From Candidatus Brocadia sp. (GTDB lineage Bacteria > Planctomycetota > Brocadiia > Brocadiales > Brocadiaceae): a stretch of 32,000 nt of DNA. Below are positions 16,161 through 24,180 of the stretch, piece by piece. The stretch is taken from the NCBI GenBank assembly GCA_021650915.1, contig CP091279.1:1680001-1712000 (forward strand), written 5' to 3'. Position 1 is the stretch's first letter, and every line of letters begins with the position of its first letter. The notes below the pieces were generated by a model. The model was not told the origin of the DNA and searched no databases. It saw only the letters and a list, made by a program, of their open reading frames with translations. The position numbers were made by a program, and so were the translations under genes.

Positions 16161-16322
16161 TTATGAGTCAAGTTTATCAAAAAGGTCTTTACTTGCGCCA
16201 CAGGCTGGGCAAGTCCAGTCATCCGGCAACTGCTCAAACGATGTTCCCGGCTTTACCCCGTTATCCGGATCACCCTTTTCCGGGTCGTATACGTAACCAC
16301 ATACACGGCATTCCCACTTCAA
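16161..16322 (-). CDS. Rubredoxin (53 aa, TTG start); absent from the ORF track
   Basis: My translation is (M)[52 protein letters not shown], with the classic CxxCG and CPxCG iron-binding knuckles. The SD GAGGAGG lies 7 nt upstream of the TTG. An in-frame TGA 27 nt upstream excludes a longer ORF. Confidence 0.9.
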   Translation of the reverse strand: MKWECRVCGYVYDPEKGDPDNGVKPGTSFEQLPDDWTCPACGASKDLFDKLDS

Positions 16323-16354
16323 TCTAAGTTCCTCCTCAATAAAAAATCAGAAAT

Positions 16355-16384
16355 ATTCTACACTACTTTCTCTTCCGTAATCAA
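16355..16384 (-). promoter_or_regulatory. Candidate sigma70-like promoter of the rubredoxin gene
   Basis: The minus strand carries TTGATT (16384-16379), an 18-nt spacer and TAGAAT (16360-16355), about 30 nt upstream of the TTG start. Confidence 0.4.
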
Positions 16385-16396
16385 TCTTTAAAATAA

Positions 16397-16429
16397 AGAA
16401 AGTGCAGAATCTCTGTCTCTGCACTTTCT
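16397..16429 (-). terminator. Intrinsic terminator after the cytochrome c' gene
   Basis: A perfect 12-bp stem joins agaaagtgcaga (16397-16408) and tctgcactttct (16418-16429). On the minus strand TTATTTT follows it. The hairpin lies 32 nt after the stop at 16461. Confidence 0.6.
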
Positions 16430-16460
16430 TTTCTCTCCCATTATGACCGGTCACGAACTA

Positions 16461-16991
16461 TTATCGATTTTCAACCGGTATCATTTTATCGCGGATCTCT
16501 GCGTGGCACTCAAAACAGGTCTTTTCCACCATATTCGTGAATGCCTTAAACGTCGCCTTCTGATTATCTGCCTTTGCAGCCTTTTGAACTTCGAGCGCCG
16601 ACGACGTTATGCTTTTCATGTAAACGTGGAACCCTTCCTTCAATTTTGCGATCCTTTCTGAGTCATTGGGATCGATCTTTGCTCGCTGAAACCACTTGTT
16701 CTCCTTTGGATCGATGGGAAAGAATACTTCGTTTATCTTATAACTTTCATCTACAATGGAGCCGGCCTCCTGGGCAACGTATTTTAAATTGCCTGCCAGC
16801 GTCCCTTCGAGTATGTTGCTCATCCGCCTGGCGATACTACTCATTAACACCCTGGTAGGAAGCACAACCCCTTCGTGGGACACGCCTGCTTCCTCAGCCG
16901 CACTGACCGTACGCGGGTAAATGCTATTTGTCAATCCGGCAAAACCAATACTACAGAAGATACCCGCAATCAACAGCGTTACCTTTTTCAC
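16461..16991 (-). CDS. Class II cytochrome c (cytochrome c'/c-556-like four-helix bundle), secreted
   Basis: The 176-aa product has the signal peptide MKKVTLLIAGIFCSIGFAG. A single CxxCH (CFECH) sits about 15 residues from the C-terminus, the class II arrangement. GTG start. Confidence 0.65.
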   Translation of the reverse strand: MKKVTLLIAGIFCSIGFAGLTNSIYPRTVSAAEEAGVSHEGVVLPTRVLMSSIARRMSNILEGTLAGNLKYVAQEAGSIVDESYKINEVFFPIDPKENKWFQRAKIDPNDSERIAKLKEGFHVYMKSITSSALEVQKAAKADNQKATFKAFTNMVEKTCFECHAEIRDKMIPVENR

Positions 16992-17053
16992 ACTGCACCC
17001 CTTTCTCTAAAATACTTATGAAAGAAATAAATTACACAATTAAGCCCTTTGCC

Positions 17054-18469
17054 TTACAATGTTCGAACACAAGGCTCCGTCATTGACATGGGAGATAATA
17101 CCTCATTGACCTTCTCCGCAGAAAGAATTCCTTGTTCCAGAATGATTTCCCGCGGCGATTTTCCTGTCCTCATCGATTCCTTTACTACCTCTGATGCCTT
17201 TGCATAGCCAATAATCGGATTTAACACGGTGACAATGCCGAGGCTTCTCAGGGCGTAATCACGGCATCTTCCCTCGTTAACGGACAGGCCTCGTATGCAT
17301 TTTTCATGAAATATCTTCGCGGCGTTGCTCAGGATCAACAGCGAATCGAGCAATTTGTACTGGATTACCGGCATCATGACATTCAGCTCAAATTGCCCTG
17401 CCTGCGCCGCCAGCGCAACCGAAAGATCGTTGCCCATAACCGAAAAGCACACCATATTCATCATCTCAGGGATAACCGGATTCACTTTCCCCGGCATGAT
17501 AGAAGACCCTGGCTGCACTGCCGGAAGCTCAATCTCCGCCAGCCCGGTATTTGGCCCGGAACCCATTAATCTGAGGTCATTCGCAATACGGATCAGTTCC
17601 ACGGCCAGGGTGCGAAGCGCGCCAGAGAGTTCAACGCACGGGGCGTTGCTTTGCATGGCCTCAAACCGGTTCCTTGCCCGCCTGACATCCAGGTTGACTA
17701 TGTTTCTCAGCCTTTCTACAACCCGCGCCGCGTATTCCGGATGGGTGTTAATTCCCGTGCCTACCGCGCTTCCGCCAATTCCTAATTCTTTTAACGATTC
17801 ACGGGACTTTTCAATCCCCCGGGTCGCCTTCATAAGGGAATCTGCATAACCAGAAAATTCCTGACCCACACGAATGGGCACGGCATCCTGAAGGTGGGTA
17901 CGCCCCGACTTTACCATGGAATCAAAGGACTGCGCCTTTTCCTGAAACGTCTTCGTCAGGTCATTCAGATTCTTCACAAGCCTTTCAGACAATTGCAAGG
18001 CAGCGATGCGCATGGCTGCAGGATACACATCGTTAGTAGACTGACCGTAGTTGACATGATCATTCGGATGGACAACCGAATAATCCCCTTTCGCCCCGCC
18101 AAGCATTTCAGTCGCAACGTTGGCAATGACTTCATTGACGTTCATATGGTGAGACGTGCCTGCGCCCGCCTGATACACATCCACCAGAAACTGATCATGA
18201 AACTCGCCGTTTACTATGCGGTCGCATGCGCGGATAATCGTGTTGCCCAACTTCCCGTCGAGACAGCCAAGCTCTACATTAACCATAGCTGCTGCCTTTT
18301 TAATGGCAACCATGGCCAAGGTAAAGGCCAGCAGCGACGTTTGTCCGCTAATGGGAAAATTTTCCAGCGCCCGTGCAGTCTGAACCCCGTAATAAGCCGT
18401 TGCGGGCACGTTCATCTCACCGAGATAATCCCTTTCCGTGCGAAACGCACCAATCCTGTTTTTGCTCAT
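17054..18469 (-). CDS. aspA: Aspartate ammonia-lyase (fumarase/aspartase superfamily)
   Basis: The 471-aa product has TERDYLGEMNVPATAYYGVQTARALENFPISG (aspartase-type N-terminus), GTSHHMNVNEV, QSTNDV and the signature GSSIMPGKVNP. Confidence 0.75.
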   Translation of the reverse strand: MSKNRIGAFRTERDYLGEMNVPATAYYGVQTARALENFPISGQTSLLAFTLAMVAIKKAAAMVNVELGCLDGKLGNTIIRACDRIVNGEFHDQFLVDVYQAGAGTSHHMNVNEVIANVATEMLGGAKGDYSVVHPNDHVNYGQSTNDVYPAAMRIAALQLSERLVKNLNDLTKTFQEKAQSFDSMVKSGRTHLQDAVPIRVGQEFSGYADSLMKATRGIEKSRESLKELGIGGSAVGTGINTHPEYAARVVERLRNIVNLDVRRARNRFEAMQSNAPCVELSGALRTLAVELIRIANDLRLMGSGPNTGLAEIELPAVQPGSSIMPGKVNPVIPEMMNMVCFSVMGNDLSVALAAQAGQFELNVMMPVIQYKLLDSLLILSNAAKIFHEKCIRGLSVNEGRCRDYALRSLGIVTVLNPIIGYAKASEVVKESMRTGKSPREIILEQGILSAEKVNEVLSPMSMTEPCVRTL

Positions 18470-18506
18470 AGCGCCACGAACCCTGCCTCGTTTTTCCGGA
18501 TCTCTT

Positions 18507-19049
18507 TCATCCCTTTTTATTTACCATATCGATCCACATATCATAAATACGACCTTCCTTTTCGGCCTCCCACAATGCTGTTTTCTCCAGAAAATCAAGG
18601 GTATTCTTCAGAATGCTGAAATGCACCTTCTCTTCACCAGCAAGGAAGCGGTAGGTCTCCCGCTCCACGGCATCCTCCGTTTCCCGGGCGGCCTTTTCGT
18701 AGAACGCTGTTCCCTTTTCCTCAAGCTCCATGGCAAGCTTAACGGCAGCAATATCATTGGCGCCGGCATCCACCTTCTTTTTTGCCGCTTCACCCATCTG
18801 CTTGAAAATCGTAACTAATCTTTCGCCAGGACTTGCCTGACTCTTTTCCCGTGCCTGGCTTTTCCCGCTGTGGTCGGACAGCAGGGCGCGAAGCCTTTTG
18901 ATATGCGCTTTTTCATCCTCTACAAACGACCTGAACATAGCCCGTCCCATAGGATGCAGGGTCTTGTCTGCCAATTCGCTGTAAAACTTCACTCCATCTG
19001 TCTCCATCTGAAGCGCAATCGATTTTATCTCTTTTAACGTGTCGCTCAT
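18507..19049 (-). CDS. Ferritin-like / rubrerythrin-family diiron protein (second copy, distant paralog)
   Basis: There are two E...ExxH pairs: QMETDGVKFY with VEDEKAHIKRL, and ELEEKGTAFY with AGEEKVHFSIL. The ORF-track start at 19061 is a GTG. I prefer the ATG at 19049 (MSDTLKEIK), which is preceded by gggga. Confidence 0.75.
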   Translation of the reverse strand: MSDTLKEIKSIALQMETDGVKFYSELADKTLHPMGRAMFRSFVEDEKAHIKRLRALLSDHSGKSQAREKSQASPGERLVTIFKQMGEAAKKKVDAGANDIAAVKLAMELEEKGTAFYEKAARETEDAVERETYRFLAGEEKVHFSILKNTLDFLEKTALWEAEKEGRIYDMWIDMVNKKG

Positions 19050-19310
19050 GTTTTTCCCCACATTCTATCGTATAATACGCTCAAAATCAATACGTATGCC
19101 AATGCCCTGCACATAAAAGCAAAAGAGCTTAATCACTCTCACGGAAAATAATTATGCCTCCGGCGGGAACCCAGCATTTTTGCGTCGTATTCACACTTGT
19201 CAGGGATCTTAGGCAATACGTCCATTTCTTTTGGAATTGCCAGAATTCGTTTATAAAGGGCGTACCGCTTCCTAACACATAATTATACTTTCCAATTCTC
19301 TAAAAATAAA

Positions 19311-19339
19311 TTGAAAATCACCGGCGCACTTTTTACAAT
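19311..19339 (+). promoter_or_regulatory. Sigma70-like promoter for the DUF1254/DUF1214 gene
   Basis: The plus strand carries TTGAAA (19311-19316), a 17-nt spacer and TACAAT (19334-19339), about 170 nt upstream of the ATG at 19510. Confidence 0.5.
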
Positions 19340-19399
19340 GACAAAACCCGGCCCGGAACGAGTTGAGAAAGACCTAACCCGGATAACAAAATTCATGAG

Positions 19400-19418
19400 T
19401 TAACCCTGACAGGGTTAA
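19400..19418. promoter_or_regulatory. Perfect 19-bp palindrome in the predicted 5' UTR (operator or RNA hairpin)
   Basis: The sequence ttaaccctg-a-cagggttaa has 9-bp arms with no mismatch. It lies 61 nt downstream of the -10 and 92 nt upstream of the ATG. Confidence 0.35.
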
Positions 19419-19509
19419 TGGTGTTTGTAATTTTTGCATACGAATGCCATACGTAAGAACGCGTTGTTACGAAAAGGACACCCGATTTTTTTAGAAAAGG
19501 AAACCTGAT

Positions 19510-20967
19510 ATGAACCGAACATTCAAAAAAGCCGTTGTTACCGCTCTCTTTGCATTCTTCAGCACAAGCTTAACGACACCCTCATCCTCCGCTCAGGTAT
19601 TACAGGAACAAGAAAAGGACACCTCCGTACTTTCAAGAGAGCAACTCCAGGAAACGGAGGCTTTCCATGTCGGCGTGCTGGCCTACCTGTGGGGTTATCC
19701 CCTGGTAATGAACCATAATCATCGCCTGGCAATGAGCGCCGTTGAAAAGCCGTTGCCAAGCGGAATTTACGCGCCTCTCAATGCACTCAACCCCAGCAGA
19801 AGATTATTGGGACCGGAATGGAAGGCCCGCTTCGCCAGTCATGAGGTTATCTTTGCCCAGGTTTGGTTCGATCTGCTGGAGGAGCCAATAGTGGTGGAAA
19901 TCCCTGATGATCACGGCGGACGATATTTCAGTATGACCTTTTATGATTACCGGGGAGACCTCATCCGGGCTATCGGAACACGCTCCACGGAAGGCAAAGG
20001 CGGGACATATCTTCTGGTTGGCCCACATTTCAGGGGAGAAACGTTCCCAACCTTGAACGTCATTCACAGCCCGACCCGTTTTGTATACGGACAGGGAAGG
20101 ATCGTGGTTAAAAAGGAAGATCAGACCGAGATCGCCACCGTAGTAAATATCATGCGGCAGTATTACAGCGTGATCCCCTACAGCCGGTGGCTTGACCCTT
20201 CTCTGCCTCCGAAACCGTACCAGGCCTCTGAAAGGCTGAACCCCGGTCTCATTCCGCAGGATCTGCAATTTTTCCATATCCTGGGAGAAGCAATGAAAAT
20301 TGTGCCGCCACGGGAAGAGGAACAGAGTCTCTATGCATTGTTTAAGACCATCGGTCTTTCCGAGCATGGATTTGATTATGGCACCCTGGGGGATCACACG
20401 AAGGCCGGATTAAAAAGGGCCATTCCGGAGGCCAGGGTGATGATGGTTTCGCGCGCCCAGTCTCTCTTTAGCTATACCGGCGGATGGTTTTATCCACCTC
20501 TGACGACAGGGTGGTCCGGATTGCGGTACCTTAACCGCGCAGCCATGTGTTATGCATTCGACCCCTTTGCCGGCCTTGCCGTTGAGCAGTTATGCCCACG
20601 CACAAACGTTGATGCTCAGGGTGAAAAACTTGATGGCGCAAAGAAAAAATATCGGCTCCACTTCAAAGAGGGATTACCTCCCGTTACCGGTGAATGGTCG
20701 CTTACCCTGTATGATAAAAACGGCATCATGTTCGGAAATCCCGCAAACCGCTACAGCATAAGCAGCATAACCAGCGGCCTTGAATACCAAAAAGACGGCA
20801 GTCTGACCATCCTTATTCAGGCAGAGGAACCCACAGACCCGAAGGAAAAACGCAACTGGCTTCCCGCCCCGAAAGGGGAGTTCTGGCTTATGGTCCATCT
20901 GTGGCAACCAAACGACAAGGTCCTCAAAGGGAAATGGAAACTGCCCGGGGTTGAGCCGGTAAAATGA
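19510..20967 (+). CDS. Secreted DUF1254/DUF1214 domain protein
   Basis: The 485-aa product has a signal peptide. AYLWGYPLVM marks DUF1254, and the C-terminal NWLPAPKGEFWLMVHLWQP marks DUF1214. Confidence 0.8.
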   Translation: MNRTFKKAVVTALFAFFSTSLTTPSSSAQVLQEQEKDTSVLSREQLQETEAFHVGVLAYLWGYPLVMNHNHRLAMSAVEKPLPSGIYAPLNALNPSRRLLGPEWKARFASHEVIFAQVWFDLLEEPIVVEIPDDHGGRYFSMTFYDYRGDLIRAIGTRSTEGKGGTYLLVGPHFRGETFPTLNVIHSPTRFVYGQGRIVVKKEDQTEIATVVNIMRQYYSVIPYSRWLDPSLPPKPYQASERLNPGLIPQDLQFFHILGEAMKIVPPREEEQSLYALFKTIGLSEHGFDYGTLGDHTKAGLKRAIPEARVMMVSRAQSLFSYTGGWFYPPLTTGWSGLRYLNRAAMCYAFDPFAGLAVEQLCPRTNVDAQGEKLDGAKKKYRLHFKEGLPPVTGEWSLTLYDKNGIMFGNPANRYSISSITSGLEYQKDGSLTILIQAEEPTDPKEKRNWLPAPKGEFWLMVHLWQPNDKVLKGKWKLPGVEPVK

Positions 20968-21389
20968 TCTTGTGCAATTTCATGAACAAGATGACGCTTA
21001 CGTACCTGATTGCATTGGGTATCATTGCCGTCCTCAGCATAGCGTCCTATGTTACGCTCAAAAAAGATATCTCTTCCCAGGAAACGAATGCCGCGGTAAT
21101 TAATCTGACCAGCAAACAACGGTTTCTGACACAAAACATTGCCATCCATTCCCTGTGTCTGGCAAGCACAAACGATTCTGCCGAAACGGAGGCGCTCAGA
21201 CAGTACCGGCTTACCACCATACATACCATAGAAACGGTGCATAAAGGGCTCATTAGCGGAGACACATCCCTTCATTTGCCCGGAAGGCAATCCCCGCAGA
21301 TCCACGCTCTGTATTTTGAACCACCGGTGCAGTTATACTCAAGAGGCTCGCAATTTGTGATTTATAAACCTGATACCGTCTTACCATAA
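20964..21389 (+). pseudogene. 5' fragment of a sensor gene (TM plus PilJ/NarX-type N-terminal sensor domain), truncated
   Basis: Its ATG overlaps the upstream stop (ATGA). The product reads LTYLIALGIIAVLSIASYV (TM), INLTSKQRFLTQNIAIHSL, ...HKGLISGDTSLHLPG. Sensor-like sequence ends near 21345, where the repeat ctcgcaatttgtgatttata begins. No TM2 or output domain follows. Confidence 0.55.
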
Positions 21390-21394
21390 TCTAA

Positions 21395-23401
21395 CCCGAC
21401 TTTCGCAATTCGCGCCCAAAAAAGTTTATTTTTGGGCAAGAGTCGCCAGGAAACCCGTGATATTCAAGGGGTGAATTTTCAAAACGGCTTGTAGTGCCGA
21501 CCTACCCTCTTGACGCATGCAGGAGGAAGTGCGAAAATGCTCGCATGTTTCTCCGGGAAAAGACACGAACGAAAGATGGGAAAACCCACCGTTATTGGAG
21601 CGTGGTAGAGAACCGCCGGGTCAGCGGAAGAAGGGTGGTGCAACGGCAGGTTCTCTATTTGGGAGAACTCAATGACAATCAACGGGCTGGGTGGATTCGG
21701 ACGATAGAGGCGGTGTCGGGTAAAGAACCGAAACCAAGACAACTGGCATTGTTTCCGGATGACCGGGAAGCCATGCCGATACCGGATGGTGAGACAGTTC
21801 GGGTGAGGTTGGACAAAATAGAGCTGCGCCATCCACGGGAGTGGGGAGCAAGCTGGTTGGGATTGTATGTATGGAATATGCTGGAACTGGACACATTCTG
21901 GAGGATGCGTCTGCCGTCAAGCCGGAAGGGGACAAGCTGGTTGAATATACTGAAGGCGCTTGTCTGTTACCGGTTGATCGATCCGGGAAGCGAATTTCGT
22001 TTTCACCGTGAGTGGTACGTGCGGAGCGCAACAGGCGATCTGCTGGGAGAGGATTATTCCCTGGCGCAGAAGGACAAGGCGTATCGTTGTTTGGATTTGT
22101 TGCTTGAGCATCGGGACGAGCTGTTTGCCTATTTAAAGGAGAAGTGGGGCAAGCTCTTTGGGGCGAAGTACGATGTACTGCTGTATGATTTGACGAGTAC
22201 GTATTTTGAAAGTGACCCACCTCCGACTGGATCGGGGAGTAAGAAACGGTTTGGATATAGCCGGGACAAACGTTCGGATTGCGTGCAGGTGGTAGTGGCA
22301 TTGGTGTTAACGCCGGAAGGATTTCCCGTTGCCTACGAAGTGTATCCGGGCAATACCAGAGACACCGCAACGCTGGAGGAATTTCTGGATCGGATTGAAA
22401 AGCAGTATGGGAAATTCCGGCGCACCTGGCTTATGGATCGCGGTATTCCAACGGAGGAGATGTTGGAAAAGATGCGTGAGCGCGGGATTGATTATTTGGT
22501 TGGGACTCCGAAGGGGCATTTGACGAGAGTAGAAAAACCGCTACTCGAACAAACCTGGATGCGGGCGAGGGAGAGCGTCCGCGTGAAAGTTCTTCGGCAG
22601 GAATCGGAGTTTTACGTTTACGTGGAAAGCCATGACCGGGTGTCTAAGGAGCGTGCCATGCGTCGGCGCAGACTCAGACGTCTGTGGGTGGGCTTGCGCG
22701 AACTTCGCAATCGAAAAGCCCTCACGCGCGATGACCTGTTCATGCATATTGGCGCGTTAAAGAAAGAAGCCGGACGAGACTACAGACTGGTCACGATCTC
22801 CATTCCCAAACCGCAGGAACCGGTCAATGAGAATACGTTCCGGTTCAGTTTGGATCGGGAACGCCTGAGGCAGGCGTATCGGCGCGAGGGGCGTTATTTG
22901 CTTCGTTCCAACATGCAGGCCACCGCGCCAGAAACCGTCTGGGAAAATTATTTGCTGTTGACACGGATAGAACAGGCATTTAAGGACTTGAAGGGGTCTC
23001 TTTCCGTCCGCCCCCTATGGCATCAATTGGAACGGAGAATTGAAGCCCATATCTTTGTTTCCTTTTTGGCTTTTTGTCTCCACACGACACTGCGCAATCT
23101 TGCGCGGGGGAGGGCCGGAGGGCTGACGTCTGAAGCGATTTTGGAAAAACTGTCGGGCATTCAAATGATAGACGTTCATTTACCGACCACGGATGGCCGT
23201 CATATTGTCATGAGCCGTTATACCCAGCCGGAGAAGGACGTTTTACTCCTTTTGGCGCAGTTGGGATTAACGCTTCCTGAACAACCGCCGCCCAAGGTTT
23301 ACGTATCCGGGCAGGTCGGCCTGTAGTGCCGACCTTTTTACATGACCCCTTGATTTTCCTGGCTTAGCGGGTTGTATACCCCTCGAATTGCGAAAGTCGG
23401 G
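21395..23401 (+). mobile_element. IS1634-family insertion sequence (about 2.0 kb)
   Basis: Perfect 18-bp terminal inverted repeats cccgactttcgcaattcg lie at 21395-21412 and 23384-23401 (reverse complement). They are flanked by the direct repeat ctaa(c) at 21391-21394 and 23402-23405. One long transposase ORF fills the interior. Confidence 0.85.
21545..23326 (+). CDS. IS1634-family (IS4-related) DDE transposase
   Basis: The product starts MFLREKTRTKDGKTHRYWSVVENRRV. It carries LLYDLTSTYFES, TWLMDRGIPT, GRYLLRSNM and IEQAFKDLKGSLSVRPLWH. The ORF-track start at 21494 adds 17 residues, so the start is uncertain. Confidence 0.88.
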   Translation: MFLREKTRTKDGKTHRYWSVVENRRVSGRRVVQRQVLYLGELNDNQRAGWIRTIEAVSGKEPKPRQLALFPDDREAMPIPDGETVRVRLDKIELRHPREWGASWLGLYVWNMLELDTFWRMRLPSSRKGTSWLNILKALVCYRLIDPGSEFRFHREWYVRSATGDLLGEDYSLAQKDKAYRCLDLLLEHRDELFAYLKEKWGKLFGAKYDVLLYDLTSTYFESDPPPTGSGSKKRFGYSRDKRSDCVQVVVALVLTPEGFPVAYEVYPGNTRDTATLEEFLDRIEKQYGKFRRTWLMDRGIPTEEMLEKMRERGIDYLVGTPKGHLTRVEKPLLEQTWMRARESVRVKVLRQESEFYVYVESHDRVSKERAMRRRRLRRLWVGLRELRNRKALTRDDLFMHIGALKKEAGRDYRLVTISIPKPQEPVNENTFRFSLDRERLRQAYRREGRYLLRSNMQATAPETVWENYLLLTRIEQAFKDLKGSLSVRPLWHQLERRIEAHIFVSFLAFCLHTTLRNLARGRAGGLTSEAILEKLSGIQMIDVHLPTTDGRHIVMSRYTQPEKDVLLLLAQLGLTLPEQPPPKVYVSGQVGL

Positions 23402-23408
23402 CTAACGG

Positions 23409-23572
23409 GGTGGCACGGACAAGCTGTGCTTGTCCATGTCTTTGTAATACTGCTCAATACCTTGTACTTGCAATGATCAGGCTTGGTTTGTCTATCCAAA
23501 TTTTAAAATGGATATTTCACAAACAACGTTGTGCAATCTCAACACGGACAAATGGAGTTTGTCCGTGCCACC
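23409..23572. repeat. MITE-like element bounded by inverted hairpin repeats
   Basis: The left end ggtggcacggacaagctgtgcttgtccatg (23409-23438) matches the reverse complement of the right end cacggacaaatggagtttgtccgtgccacc (23543-23572). Each end is itself a ggacaa..ttgtcc hairpin. A solo copy lies at 5978-6007. Confidence 0.55.
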
Positions 23573-23584
23573 CTGATTATCAAT

Positions 23585-23902
23585 GTTACCACAATGCTCA
23601 AGCAGCGATTACGCAAAACGGATATCCTGGCAAGGCTTGGCGGAGATGAATTTGCCGCACTCTTATGCCAGGTTGACAGAAAGCAGACGGAAATTATTGC
23701 AAAACAAATGATCGAAATCATATCTCAGAAAGGCAGATTTACCCAAGGCTACCCGACAAACGTTACCGCCAGCATCGGCATCACCTTGTTTCCTACCCAT
23801 AGTAACGAAGCACAATCCCTGCTTGCCTGTGCTGATCAGGCAATGTACCTTGCAAAGGAAAAGGGACGCAATGGTTTTTGTTTTTATCAGGGCAACCCTT
23901 GA
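23585..23902 (+). pseudogene. 3' fragment of a GGDEF (diguanylate cyclase) domain
   Basis: The product reads ..TTMLKQRLRKTDILARLGGDEFAALL...VTASIGITLFP...LLACADQAMYLAKEKGRNGFCFY, which is the second half of a GGDEF domain only. The ORF-track N-terminus (MQSQHGQMEFVRATLII) is read from the repeat. Confidence 0.7.
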
Positions 23903-24180
23903 AATGCAGGAAATTTTAATCTGGTGATTTCCCCTCTGGAAAGAGGAAACATACCCCCCCTGCGTAAAAACGCCATATTCGTTCGGCATAACCAGCTTGC
24001 CAAGCATCTCCGGGGAACAGCCGGTCAGCATGGGTCGTCTTTGATGAACAATTGCCCTCAAAGACACAGCGAGGCGTCACCAGTCCGGCGCCTCTCCTGC
24101 GGCGACCTGCTCGGCCGGCCTGTCAAAGGTTAGCGCTTCGACCTGGGTAAAGACATTTGCCGTGCGTCGTAGCTGGCTCC

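Noticed and set aside
17894-18619. 241-aa ORF on the plus strand, along with 17325..17849 and 18438..18818
   Set aside because: These are antisense to aspA and the ferritin-like gene, both of which have clear family signatures.
19804-21305. Minus-strand ORFs 19804..20397 (197 aa) and 20817..21305 (162 aa)
   Set aside because: They are antisense to the DUF1254/DUF1214 gene and the sensor fragment. They show no motifs and no SD.
21669-22370. 233-aa minus-strand ORF inside the IS1634 element
   Set aside because: It is antisense to the transposase ORF, and its Pro/Ser/Thr-rich composition is typical of shadow frames.
23663-24133. ORFs 23663..24067 (-) and 23924..24133 (+) in the GC-rich spacer between the GGDEF fragment and gnd
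   Set aside because: The first largely overlaps the GGDEF fragment in antisense. Neither has motifs or an SD. This may be decayed sequence, but nothing can be identified by eye.
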